Shown here in pieces: positions 1 through 9,268 of a stretch of DNA of 43,260 bases. Numbering within the stretch: the stretch's first letter is position 1; the number at the start of each line of letters is the position of its first letter. The notes under the pieces were generated by a model, which was not told the origin of the DNA, did no database searches, and worked only from the letters and a program-made list of their open reading frames with translations. The position numbers and the translations under genes were made by a program. Origin of the DNA: a virus (taxonomy: Duplodnaviria; Caudoviricetes); the IMG/VR virus record IMGVR_UViG_3300017747_001658, positions 1 through 43,260 of that record; one strand, given 5' to 3'.

Positions 1-150
1 CGCTTCGCTTACCGGCGCTTCGCTTACCGGCGCTTCGCTTACCGGCGCTTCGCTTACCGGCGCTTCGCTTACCGGCGCTTCGCTTACCGGCGCTTCGCTT
101 ACCGGCGCTTCGCTTACTGGCGCTTCGCTTACTGGCGCTTCGCTTACCGG
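1..150. repeat. 15-bp tandem repeat CGCTTCGCTTAC(C/T)GG, >=10 copies, encoding PVSEA repeats on the minus strand
   Basis: Ten units seen directly; the only variation (units 8-9) is a synonymous CCG/CCA Pro change. Confidence 0.95.
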
Positions 151-1731
151 AGGAACAGGGGGTTCTGCGCCTGTGCGCATATTTGGATACACTCGTGCAG
201 CTTCTTCTGCCTGCTGTGCTTCCCACGCCCTTTGCCGCTCCATTTCTAAGTAGTCGGCTTCACGCTTGTTTCTAGCAAGTTCTTTGATTTCCGCGCTGCG
301 CGCTCTGCTTGCGCCCCGTGCCTGTAATGGGCCTAACACTGAGGCTAGAACGCCACTCGTCTTATAAGACTCTAGGTATTGTTCTTTTGCCTCGTCATCC
401 CACAGGTCTTTGCCGAGGAACTTGCGTTCGGCAGCGGCGGAACCCGCCATAGCCGTACCCGCAGAAATAGCCGTAGCCCCGATATTTTTGGCGATAGATG
501 CAGCGGTAGTCTTTGCCGCAGCCTGTGCAGCTTCTGCACCTTGCGTCTTGAATATGTTATCTATCTTAGCAGCGGAAGGGCCTACGAGCCTGTCAAGCCC
601 TGCTCTGTTCAAAACCCCCGGTGCAAGCTCATAGATGGCTGTCTGTAACAGCGCATAGCCGTCAGATTTCATCAGGTCTTGTGGAATGCCCGCGTCTTTT
701 GCGGTACGATCCAATCCACCCGCTAACTGAGAGTAGAGCGCTAGGCCACTTAAAACAGGGTTGACAGCTTTTGCTGCCATTACCGGCCCCATGCTACCGC
801 CAAAGCCCATTACAGGCTCGAAGAACTTCTGGTTTGCTTGGGCGGCTAGTTCTTCCAACCGACCTTCTTTAGCTGCGGCGGCTATGTCGGCGTCGGTGGT
901 GGGGCGGTATATGTCTTTGCCTTGCTGGCGGAGTTCTTCTGCTTTCTTCAATACCGGCGCGGCCATCTTCTTGGTTTTCTCACCAAGCTCAGGGCCTATG
1001 TAATCCTGTACTTTCTTGCGCGCCCATTCAGCGGTATCTTCTGATACTGCCCCCATTAGCTTAGATTGCAACGCGGCTTTTGCAAGCCCTCCAACATTTT
1101 CAGCATTTAGCGCATCCAGATGGACGCCGCCAAAGTGCATCGGCCCAGCTACACCCTCTTCAAGAAATTTACCCGCAAGCGCGCGTAAACCACCAGTCTT
1201 TTCATACCACTCGTGGGGTTTCTCTACGGGGGGACGGGTTGTTTCTTGGGCGTAGGCTGCGGCTTGCGTCGGTATGGGAGCCTGAGCTAAGTCGGGTTGA
1301 AGCTCGGCGTTGAGCGCATTTTGAATAGGGTCAGGGTACTGCCGTTCTTTCTCAGGTAAACCCGCGTTGAACTTAGGATCAACGGCCTGTTTGGCAGCTA
1401 CGTGCTTATTGTTTATGCGATTCTGTGGAGGCGCAGCGGCCTCTTGTTTGCGGGTTTGCCGCTCGTTATCGTAGTCGTCGGCGGTCTTTAGTAGATGAGG
1501 ACGCTCTTGCTCGATAACGGCCATAGCCTCATCGTCAGTCATGTCGGAGCCGACCATGACATAGCTCCCATCGGGGAGCGTGAGGCGTCGTAGGGTCAGC
1601 TGATCAGACGGGGCTTCCTGTACAGGGGGTGGAGTTTGTGGCGCCACTCCGTATATTCGATCAAGGCTTTCGTATCCAGTTGTCGGAACATTACCTTGAA
1701 GCAGAGACATTAAGCCCCGTTGATCAGCCAT
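1..1731 (-). CDS. Large putative internal virion/ejection protein, truncated at window edge (>577 aa)
   Basis: Translated by hand from ATG at 1731 ([28 protein letters not shown]...); open to position 1, ending in (PVSEA)n; follows other ejection-like genes. Missing from the ORF track because it has no stop in the window. Confidence 0.75.
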   Translation of the reverse strand, partial: MADQRGLMSLLQGNVPTTGYESLDRIYGVAPQTPPPVQEAPSDQLTLRRLTLPDGSYVMVGSDMTDDEAMAVIEQERPHLLKTADDYDNERQTRKQEAAAPPQNRINNKHVAAKQAVDPKFNAGLPEKERQYPDPIQNALNAELQPDLAQAPIPTQAAAYAQETTRPPVEKPHEWYEKTGGLRALAGKFLEEGVAGPMHFGGVHLDALNAENVGGLAKAALQSKLMGAVSEDTAEWARKKVQDYIGPELGEKTKKMAAPVLKKAEELRQQGKDIYRPTTDADIAAAAKEGRLEELAAQANQKFFEPVMGFGGSMGPVMAAKAVNPVLSGLALYSQLAGGLDRTAKDAGIPQDLMKSDGYALLQTAIYELAPGVLNRAGLDRLVGPSAAKIDNIFKTQGAEAAQAAAKTTAASIAKNIGATAISAGTAMAGSAAAERKFLGKDLWDDEAKEQYLESYKTSGVLASVLGPLQARGASRARSAEIKELARNKREADYLEMERQRAWEAQQAEEAARVYPNMRTGAEPPVPPVSEAPVSEAPVSEAPVSEAPVSEAPVSEAPVSEAPVSEAPVSEAPVSEA

Positions 1732-1778
1732 ATTCTTGCCCTATAAAAACAGATTGCGAATACAGCTAGTTTACCGTA

Positions 1779-3203
1779 TTAGTATCGGAAGGCGCCACTC
1801 GTAATTACCCCCCGCATGAAATCGGAAGGATTGCCGCCTCCGTCTGAACGAGGGTTAAACTGGGCGCCTTGTTGTTTAAGTCTTGCTATCACTTGAGGGC
1901 GAAGCTGGTTAATAACTTCTTCCAAAGGAAGGCGGGACTGCGGGCTGTGAGGGTCTTTTTTAAGCTCCTTTGCTTCATTCAGGACGATATTTTCGATTTC
2001 TTCTGCTGTAACAGCATAGGTGTTAGCGCCTTTACCTCCCATAAGAATCTTAGCTTGTTCTACACGGGAGCGCTCATCTATCAGTTTAAGCTCTTTCTGT
2101 CCTGCAAACTTCCTATCAGCGGCTGCTCTATCAGCAATCTGCTTCGTGAGCATACCCACTGCGGCGCGCTTATCTGCATGCTGTTCTTTCTCGCCAGCCA
2201 GCTGAAGGGCCATAATCTGATCTTGAAGAGCGGATTCTTCTTTAGCGCCTTGCTGGTACCCAGCGGCTCCAGCCATTAACCCCGCGCCCACTGCTTGGCC
2301 TAGATGCGGAGATTGAGTCGCAAGGGCGGCGCCGAGTCCTTGAGTAAGGGCGTTGTACCATTTATCTTTTCCTGCCTCAGCTACCCGATTTTCGTATTTG
2401 CTCTGAAGTTCAGGAGACAGCGCAAAAGAAGGGCCATACAGACTCATCATGTCCTGTACACCCTCTTCCAAACTACGGTCTTGCGCGCGTTCTGCCTGTA
2501 TGCGTTCAGCGGAGCTACCGGGGCGCGGCGGGTTCACAATACCTGTATCGCGTTTGGGTTGTTTGGGGGCGGATAGCTTAGCTGGAAACAACCTTTCAGC
2601 TTGGTCGGGAGATAAGGCCGAGTCGGGAACGTCTTTGTCGTAATCTTCTTCAGCTTGGCGCCGCGCTTCTTCAGGATCAACAGGCGCTTCCTCTTCCTCC
2701 TCTTCTTCGTAGGGATACTCTTCTGTCCCTAGTTCTGGCAGTTCTTCGGCAGCATAAGGGTTTGTAGTAGCCCCGCCGTTAAAGAAGTGTCGAACAGCCC
2801 CACCCTGTGCTAGCGCGACTAAACCGCCTGTAGCGGCGCCTTGAGGAGGCGCGGCATTTTCGGGAGCAGCGCCAATGCCTGCATTCCGCATGGGGTCTTG
2901 TTGAGAGGCATCCTGCATAGCGTACTGATTAGCCCCTATGTCGGCTATACCGCCTTGCATGGGGTTCATGCTCTGCTGCAACTGCGCTATCTTCTGCTGA
3001 AAGACCGTTTGCGAGGGCGCCTGCTGTTGCTGCGAGCTCGCCTGTTGCTGATACTGTGTAGCCATTGCCAATGCCGTTGCTTCTGGGCTATCCGGGTTTT
3101 GCTGAACTGACTGTGCCAGTGACTGCAGCTGGTCTGGAGGCGCCAACTTGAGCATGTCGAATAAGCTCGTTACTTTCTGTCCGTAGTTCTCGTTCGTAAA
3201 CAT
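1779..3203 (-). CDS. Putative internal virion/DNA ejection protein
   Basis: 474 aa, Gln/Ala-rich helical, acidic tract, Gly/Ala hydrophobic segment (GLGAALAT...GAGLMAGAAG); located in the ejection-protein cluster. Confidence 0.6.
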   Translation of the reverse strand: MFTNENYGQKVTSLFDMLKLAPPDQLQSLAQSVQQNPDSPEATALAMATQYQQQASSQQQQAPSQTVFQQKIAQLQQSMNPMQGGIADIGANQYAMQDASQQDPMRNAGIGAAPENAAPPQGAATGGLVALAQGGAVRHFFNGGATTNPYAAEELPELGTEEYPYEEEEEEEAPVDPEEARRQAEEDYDKDVPDSALSPDQAERLFPAKLSAPKQPKRDTGIVNPPRPGSSAERIQAERAQDRSLEEGVQDMMSLYGPSFALSPELQSKYENRVAEAGKDKWYNALTQGLGAALATQSPHLGQAVGAGLMAGAAGYQQGAKEESALQDQIMALQLAGEKEQHADKRAAVGMLTKQIADRAAADRKFAGQKELKLIDERSRVEQAKILMGGKGANTYAVTAEEIENIVLNEAKELKKDPHSPQSRLPLEEVINQLRPQVIARLKQQGAQFNPRSDGGGNPSDFMRGVITSGAFRY

Positions 3204-3208
3204 AGCTA

Positions 3209-6200
3209 TTATCTCCTCGCCGCCGCAATGCCACGTCTATCCGGTGTTTTATGCCTAGCCGCCAGCCATGCTTCATACGCCCGTGTATGCTGTACTGACC
3301 CTCCCCGTGCAAACGGAGACGCGGGGGTGTTGGTGCCCGATGCTGTATTGACACCTCCGGTTGCAGCTTGAGCATTGATCGCATTGACCACAGGCTGGTT
3401 GATGGTGTTCGGCATATTGACCCAGTTACCAGCGTTAGCCGACATAGCGTCAGCATAGCTCTGGCCTAAGTTCTGCTGTGCTTCTACGCTTTTGCCTTGT
3501 GCCCCTAGATTTGCTAATTCAGCACCGCTTTTAGCAGAACCGACGCCCGCCAGCCCCTGTGCAACACCTGCCATTCCTTGCGCTGCGCCGATTGCCTGTT
3601 GATTTGCAGTGAGCCCCGCTTGTTGATTAGCCTGATCTGCGGTGAGTTTCGTCTGCTGGTTAGCCAGTTCAATCTGCTGCCGGTTCTCAGCATTGAAAGA
3701 CCGCGCCGCGTTTTCGGACACTTGATTGGCCTGTTCAGCGGTAAGCTGCCCACCATAAAAGGTCTTAGCAGCTTCAAGGTCTTGTTGAACCTTGAGTTGG
3801 CGCTGCTGATTGAGGGCCTCTTGGTCAGCTTTAGCCTTAGTTAAGGCAGCTTGTTGATTGGCGGTTTGCGCTGTTAAGGCGTTCTCCGCATATTGTGCGG
3901 AAGCTGTGTTCTTTGCTGTGGCTTCAAATTGAGCAGCGGTATTCTTTACCGCTTGGTCTGCTAGGTTAATCTGCTGTTGATTCTCAGCGTTGAAAGTATT
4001 TGCCGCGTTCTTGGCAACCTGATTGGCCTGTTCAGCGGTAAGCTTCCCACCGTATTTAGCTTTTTCGGCTTCAAGGGCTTGCTGTACTTTGGTTTCCCGT
4101 TGCTGGTTGATAGCGTCTTGGTTCGCCTTGGCCGTTGCAACATCGGCTTGCAGCTGTGCAGAACCTTTAGCAATGTCTGCGCTTTGGTTGGCTTTTTGCG
4201 CTTCCTGTGCAGACGTAGCGGTATATTGTTTGGCTTCGTTCTGTGCCCTTTGATTAGCCTCAGATTCTGACAGCCCCATGCTCATGTATTTGTCTTTGAG
4301 CGTGTTGACCATCTGCGCGTTAGCTTTAGCTACATCAGTAGAGAGCCCTTGTTCAGAAGTAAACTGGCTCATACCTGCCTGATAGGCTTCTTGCTGTCCT
4401 TTAGCCTGAATGTCGGCTAATTGCTGGGCATAGTTCTTTTGCAGTTGGCTTTCCATGATAGCCTGCCGTGAGCCACCAAATGCCCCCGCGCCTGCGGCAC
4501 CAGCTTGAAGTTCTTGCAGCTGTTTCTGATAGTCTATGCCCGCTTCGCGTTTCTGTGCATCAACCACCTCTTGCATGTACGGCGACATGTACTGACTGGC
4601 AACACCGGCATCAGTCCAAGATTTAGGCGCGGCTGCGGTGGCAGCTTCTTCACGTTTTGTCTTGGCAATGTCAGAAGCATCGTACTTTTGACCTGCGACA
4701 TCCCGTACATTGCCGAATTTCTCGCCTTTCTGCTGCGCGGCTTCGTAATCAGAGACCTTAATGTCTTCCGGCGCTTTCATTTCAGCGGCGGTGTACTGTG
4801 TACCTTTTCCAACTGTAGCTGCGTTATAGCCTGTGACGTCTGCTTTCTTTGCAGTTACGTCCCTAGCAGGTGCCATCTTTTCCGCGTTATACGAGGTAAC
4901 GGCAAACTTGTCCGGGGCTTCCATTTTAGCGCCAGTGTACTCTTGGGCTTTGGCCGCAGTCGCCTGCACTTCTTCAGGCTTGTACTTGATTAACTCCTTC
5001 AAGGCATCAGCCGCAACCCCATACTGTTTCGACGCGGCGTCGAACTCTGCGGGGGTCTTCAGGTTGCGTACCTTTTCCTGAAGCGCAACAAAATCAGGCA
5101 GTGTCGATTTGCCCTTATCATCAACAAAGGCAATCTTACGCATAGTGTCCAGAAGGCTCATCTCCTGATCGCCTTTGCCGGTAGCGGCTCCCTCGACGTT
5201 GGCTGCTGTTGCGGCTTCAGCTTCTTTAGCGGCTGTAGCTTTGGTCTCTTTAACTACTGCGGGTGCTTTAGGGTACTCAGTTTTGATAGTTTCAAAGGGA
5301 GGCTGCCCAACAGGTTCAGGATATGTAGACGACTTAGTCGCTTTAGATATAGCAGCTTGAAGGTCTTTATTGCCAACTGCCGCAATACCGGAGTCAACCA
5401 AAGGCGATACGTTACGGCCCGTACGGGCTTCTGCGGCGTTCACTTTGTTAACGAGAGCTTCAGGCGGAGTTTGGCCTTTCGCTACCATGTTGTTGTATTT
5501 TGTAGCCGCAGCTAGTTCATTCGGCGTAAGGTCTTTGACTTTAGGCTTCGCAGGAGTAGTGTCTGTAGCTTTAGGCTTATTGTCAGTCTTAACCGTAGTA
5601 GTCTTAGGCTGGGTCGTCGTAGTCTTAGGCTTGGTCGTAGTTGTGGCCGTAGTAGTCTTAGGCTTGGCCGTAGTTGTGGCCGTAGTAGTCTTAGGCTTGA
5701 TCGTAGTTGTGGCCGTAGCAGTCTTAGGCTGGGCCGGGGTCGTAGTGGTCTTAGGCTTGGCCGGGGTCGTAGTGGTCTTAGGCTTGGCCGTGGTCGTAGT
5801 AGTCTTAGGCTTGGCCGTGGTCGTAGTAGTCTTAGGCTTGGCCGTGGTCGTAGTAGTCTTAGGCTTGGCCGTGGTCGTAGCGGTCTTAGGCGCGGTTTGC
5901 CCCCCTACAGTTCTAACTGTTACAGGGTTATTCGTTTTAGGCTTGCCGCCTTTGGCGTACCCTGTAAGCGCCATGAGGCCGCCTTCGGCAGCGCCTTGTG
6001 GGTTGAATCGTGAAAGCCCGCCTAACTGCTCGCGCGTTATGCCAGAGTCATTTAGGGTGTTGTACTGTTGCGTAAGCTTATTGGCGTTCCGCAGCATGCT
6101 AGTGATCGGGCCGGGGTTATTCTTCGTACCCAGCATGAGCGCTTGGTACGTTTTGTTTTGCCACGGAGACTGATTTACAGTAGTTTCAGAAGTTGTATGG

Positions 6201-6229
6201 GCTGGAACCCCACCGCCGCCACCGCTCAT
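3209..6229 (-). CDS. Putative DNA transfer/ejection protein with Thr/Lys-rich repeats
   Basis: 1006 aa; MSGGGGG start, YMSPYMQEVVD...GAGAFGGSRQA core, Ala/Gln/Asn-rich helical repeats; follows a GNAT-like gene, as in podovirus ejection modules. Confidence 0.65.
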   Translation of the reverse strand: MSGGGGGVPAHTTSETTVNQSPWQNKTYQALMLGTKNNPGPITSMLRNANKLTQQYNTLNDSGITREQLGGLSRFNPQGAAEGGLMALTGYAKGGKPKTNNPVTVRTVGGQTAPKTATTTAKPKTTTTTAKPKTTTTTAKPKTTTTTAKPKTTTTPAKPKTTTTPAQPKTATATTTIKPKTTTATTTAKPKTTTATTTTKPKTTTTQPKTTTVKTDNKPKATDTTPAKPKVKDLTPNELAAATKYNNMVAKGQTPPEALVNKVNAAEARTGRNVSPLVDSGIAAVGNKDLQAAISKATKSSTYPEPVGQPPFETIKTEYPKAPAVVKETKATAAKEAEAATAANVEGAATGKGDQEMSLLDTMRKIAFVDDKGKSTLPDFVALQEKVRNLKTPAEFDAASKQYGVAADALKELIKYKPEEVQATAAKAQEYTGAKMEAPDKFAVTSYNAEKMAPARDVTAKKADVTGYNAATVGKGTQYTAAEMKAPEDIKVSDYEAAQQKGEKFGNVRDVAGQKYDASDIAKTKREEAATAAAPKSWTDAGVASQYMSPYMQEVVDAQKREAGIDYQKQLQELQAGAAGAGAFGGSRQAIMESQLQKNYAQQLADIQAKGQQEAYQAGMSQFTSEQGLSTDVAKANAQMVNTLKDKYMSMGLSESEANQRAQNEAKQYTATSAQEAQKANQSADIAKGSAQLQADVATAKANQDAINQQRETKVQQALEAEKAKYGGKLTAEQANQVAKNAANTFNAENQQQINLADQAVKNTAAQFEATAKNTASAQYAENALTAQTANQQAALTKAKADQEALNQQRQLKVQQDLEAAKTFYGGQLTAEQANQVSENAARSFNAENRQQIELANQQTKLTADQANQQAGLTANQQAIGAAQGMAGVAQGLAGVGSAKSGAELANLGAQGKSVEAQQNLGQSYADAMSANAGNWVNMPNTINQPVVNAINAQAATGGVNTASGTNTPASPFARGGSVQHTRAYEAWLAARHKTPDRRGIAAARR
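5590..5892. repeat. Coding tandem repeat, 27-33 bp units (TTAKPKTTT-like)
   Basis: Repeated GTAGTCTTAGGCTTGGCCGTGGTC-type units, about 10 copies. Confidence 0.9.
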
Positions 6230-6654
6230 ATGCTTACCTCTTGCAGGTTCTTACCAACTATTGAGTATTTGTGTTGTGTGCCCCTACGTGCACACAACCT
6301 TGCCACTGAATCTCTTACTGCGCATTCTAAGTACGTGGCGCCATTAGCACGCATTATAGCCTCTAACTGTTCCCATGTATCTTGATTTGCAATAAATTTC
6401 CCGCCCGCTACCACTATGAAAGCTATCCTGTGGGAAGGGCGGTTAAAATACGAGACTACAGCCACCCCGTGAACCACAGAATCAGGGCTAGTAGCGATAA
6501 CAAGACTCCACTGCCCACCAGTAAGATAGCCCCTAACATCTCGAACAGTGTAATCGCCCTGAGAGAACTCAAGCGCCGCAGCAACAAAGTTTTCAACATG
6601 AGGCCACACTTGATGCACATACTGAAGAGGTACTTCTTGAACACTGTGTATCAT
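6226..6654 (-). CDS. GNAT-fold-like virion assembly protein (positionally like P22 gp14 / T7 gp13)
   Basis: 142 aa; pattern VWPHVENFV...AFIVVAGG...GATYLECAVRDSVARL; directly upstream of ejection genes. Confidence 0.55.
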   Translation of the reverse strand: MIHSVQEVPLQYVHQVWPHVENFVAAALEFSQGDYTVRDVRGYLTGGQWSLVIATSPDSVVHGVAVVSYFNRPSHRIAFIVVAGGKFIANQDTWEQLEAIMRANGATYLECAVRDSVARLCARRGTQHKYSIVGKNLQEVSI

Positions 6655-7163
6655 GCGCTTTGTTTGCTTTTTATAGCCCCTAGCCCCTGCTGCCTGATAG
6701 CTTTACGGCGCACTTCGGCAAGGAGGTTTCTTAGGAACTCTGCACCCGCTTTAGATGAACCGTTTCCAAGCGCACTGACTACGTCTGCTGGAATGATATA
6801 AGCCCCGTCCTTTAGCGGAACATGCCCGCCCTGTTTTAGTGTAAGCATTCCACCCGTCGCTGCTGATTGTTTTCCAATATCACCTAACCCTGATACGGGG
6901 CTCTCCGCTATGCCTGTTGCGTCGGTTACCGCTGTCGGAACCGCAGCCTGATTTGCCATATATTTCTGCTGCTGCGCTCTGTTTGCGGCCACAGCTTCGT
7001 CGGCATTAACAGCGTCATCAATGGCGGTACCTATACCCGCAGCCGCCGCGCCAAGGGCGCCCGTACCCACAATACCAGCGGCTACCCCGGCGCCAAGCCC
7101 AAGGCTTGCGCCTGCTGTCATGCTAACGCCTAGCGTCGTGCCAACGAGAACAACTAGCGACAT
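6651..7163 (-). CDS. Putative internal virion protein (Gly/Ala-rich N-terminus)
   Basis: 170 aa; C-terminal LKDGAYIIPADVVSALGNGSSKAGAEFL resembles the C-terminus of 7569..8951. Confidence 0.6.
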   Translation of the reverse strand: MSLVVLVGTTLGVSMTAGASLGLGAGVAAGIVGTGALGAAAAGIGTAIDDAVNADEAVAANRAQQQKYMANQAAVPTAVTDATGIAESPVSGLGDIGKQSAATGGMLTLKQGGHVPLKDGAYIIPADVVSALGNGSSKAGAEFLRNLLAEVRRKAIRQQGLGAIKSKQSA

Positions 7164-7603
7164 GCTGGTGCCTCCAAGAGATTACATTCTTCGTATTCTT
7201 TCATCGTTTCAAACCCCAGCACGTCCTTAACTTTTTCGTCATCTTGTTCAGTGCAATGGTTCACCGTAATCCAATCAAGCTCTTCATGGACAAATATCGC
7301 GCGCTGCGTGCCTGCTTTAGTAATAAACACTTCAGGCGCCCGAATCTCATGCTCTTCGCCATCTTGGTCAACAATAGTAAGGTGCCCTCTAAGCACTATT
7401 GTGATGTTATCCAGCTTGTGAACCATCGTGGTGAGCACGGAGTCTTTAGGCACCACAATCCGACGCCCGTACAGGTCAGCGGTGTGGTAATGAGATAGTG
7501 GGATTTCAACAGAAGCCAGCTCGCCTAGCTCAAGTGCAGAGGCTAGCGCATAACGAAATTCGTCAATACTAACTCGCGGCTTGGATTCCTGAATGTTCTG
7601 CAT
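7154..7603 (-). CDS. Cupin-like (double-stranded beta-helix) phage protein
   Basis: 149 aa; HYHTADLYGRRIVVPKDSVLTTMVHK...APEVFITKAGTQRAIFVHEE pattern. Confidence 0.55.
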   Translation of the reverse strand: MQNIQESKPRVSIDEFRYALASALELGELASVEIPLSHYHTADLYGRRIVVPKDSVLTTMVHKLDNITIVLRGHLTIVDQDGEEHEIRAPEVFITKAGTQRAIFVHEELDWITVNHCTEQDDEKVKDVLGFETMKEYEECNLLEAPACR

Positions 7604-8951
7604 TGTCCCCTCGGCCTACGGCGCGTTTGATAAACTTTTCTGCGGCTAGTTTACCAGCATTTTGCTTGACTTGCTCTCGCTTACCATGCGCAGCTTCGCG
7701 CACCATAGGCAGTAATTGATCGAGCAGTTTTGCACCTTTCTCGGGGTCACCGTCACCAATCATCCGTACAATTTCAGGCGGGATAACGAACTCCCCATCA
7801 GCTAGCCGTACCTCTTCTTTCCCATCAATGTTGGCGGGAATGTCATCGCTCATACCATCACCGGGGCCATCTAGGAACCCCCCTTTTTCGTATCCCCGTA
7901 CCATCTCATGGCGCATTGGCGTAGACGCTGGGTACGGCTGTGCTTTCGGTATTTCTGATTGCGGGTGGAACCTTTGCGGGTTTATAGGGGTGGTGTTGGC
8001 ATAGCCTCCCGTTGCGAAACCAGTAAGTGGTGCGGTCATCGCTTCTGTTTGGAACTCATCAAGCGCCTTTGGCAGCGCCGTTTGTATATGCGGGCTGTTG
8101 ACATCAGAAACGTATTTCACTGGAACGGTGGTGTGGATAGGCACACCCGCTACATTCCTCTGTGCTGTAATAGGCCCACCCGCTGCTTTGCCTTGCGGCG
8201 GCGTGATGATGTCCATGTAATAGTTACGTTGTGACGCAGGATCGTTGGGGTCAATCTCAGACAGAGAATTTAGAGGAATGCCAAGGCTGTTGTAGTATTC
8301 GACCTCTTCATCAGCCGCGCGCTGCTTGGCTAGCTTTTCTTGGCGTAGCTGCGTTGCAGTAGCAGCGGAAGACTCCATCATCCCCTGAGCTGAAGTCCCA
8401 AGAAGCGCCCCCATTCCGACAGGCTTAAGGAGGCTCTCGGCGCCAGTCTTAGTCAGCATGCCTGCGCCTTGTTTACCAAGCGCAGACGCAAAAGAAGGTG
8501 CGGGCTGTATGGGGCCGCCTCCCAGAGCATCGGCAGGCGCCACGGGGGCGGAGGCTCCGCCCGGAAGATCAGTACCGCCAAACCCGCCAAGGCCGCCGCT
8601 GAGAGCGCCGCCTAAAGCGCCGGAGCCAAATCCACGACCTTGCGCCGCACTGATTCCACCCCCTAGTAATGCACCTGTACCGGCACCAACAGCTGCGCCA
8701 CCAAGACCCCCTATAGCAGGCAGGGCTGCGGCGGCTGCGCCGCCCGTCATGGCCCCAGCAAGACCAATACCTACGGAGGTAAGTATATCTGTCCAGTTGA
8801 ATGCTTCGGGTAGGCCAGTGTCTGGGTTTGTAGTCACAGGGCCGAGCAGCTGTTGTAGACCCTCAATCTCTTTCGGGTTGACGTGCATAAGCGTCGAATC
8901 GCCATTGCGTCCAAGTGCGGCCAAACCTTGTGCGGTGCGATGATATGCCAT
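7569..8951 (-). CDS. Putative internal virion protein
   Basis: Start moved to MAYHRTAQGLAALGRNGDSTLMHVNP (AGGA 7 nt upstream); Gly-rich hydrophobic region; C-terminal GPGDGMSDDIPANIDG...LADGEFVIP domain. Confidence 0.65.
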   Translation of the reverse strand: MAYHRTAQGLAALGRNGDSTLMHVNPKEIEGLQQLLGPVTTNPDTGLPEAFNWTDILTSVGIGLAGAMTGGAAAAALPAIGGLGGAAVGAGTGALLGGGISAAQGRGFGSGALGGALSGGLGGFGGTDLPGGASAPVAPADALGGGPIQPAPSFASALGKQGAGMLTKTGAESLLKPVGMGALLGTSAQGMMESSAATATQLRQEKLAKQRAADEEVEYYNSLGIPLNSLSEIDPNDPASQRNYYMDIITPPQGKAAGGPITAQRNVAGVPIHTTVPVKYVSDVNSPHIQTALPKALDEFQTEAMTAPLTGFATGGYANTTPINPQRFHPQSEIPKAQPYPASTPMRHEMVRGYEKGGFLDGPGDGMSDDIPANIDGKEEVRLADGEFVIPPEIVRMIGDGDPEKGAKLLDQLLPMVREAAHGKREQVKQNAGKLAAEKFIKRAVGRGDNAEHSGIQAAS

Positions 8952-8959
8952 GTGTATTC

Positions 8960-9268
8960 CTAAGCTATTTTCAAAGTGCCCGAGTCGTTCCAAAGCTGGC
9001 CCGGATCAAGCCCTGTAGCGCTTGTTGGTAGCGCTGCGATAACGATCTTCACGACGTTTGAATTGTACGCAAGCGTGTCGATCACTACATCAGGATCAGG
9101 GGATATGTTGTTAGCCAGTTCCAGTGACACGCCTCGAACTATGCCGGGATTGTCTTGCTGCTGCATGAAGTAGGTAAGAGTTCGGACAAGGGTCTGCATG
9201 TACCGGACGTCGTACTCAAGCGGCGGTATGGGTAGTACCGGAGAAGGTACATTGTTCTTGTTAGCCAT
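8960..9268 (-). CDS. Hypothetical tail-associated protein
   Basis: 102 aa; TAATG-coupled to the upstream gene; ends LPTSATGLDPGQLWNDSGTLKIA. Confidence 0.65.
   Translation of the reverse strand: MANKNNVPSPVLPIPPLEYDVRYMQTLVRTLTYFMQQQDNPGIVRGVSLELANNISPDPDVVIDTLAYNSNVVKIVIAALPTSATGLDPGQLWNDSGTLKIA

Noticed and set aside
1-150. 15-bp repeat as CRISPR, telomere or iteron array
   Set aside because: No spacers; it lies in frame within a long ORF and varies only synonymously.
5370-6173. 267-aa Val/Leu-rich plus-strand ORF resembling a membrane protein
   Set aside because: Antisense shadow of the Thr/Lys repeat region of the 1006-aa gene.
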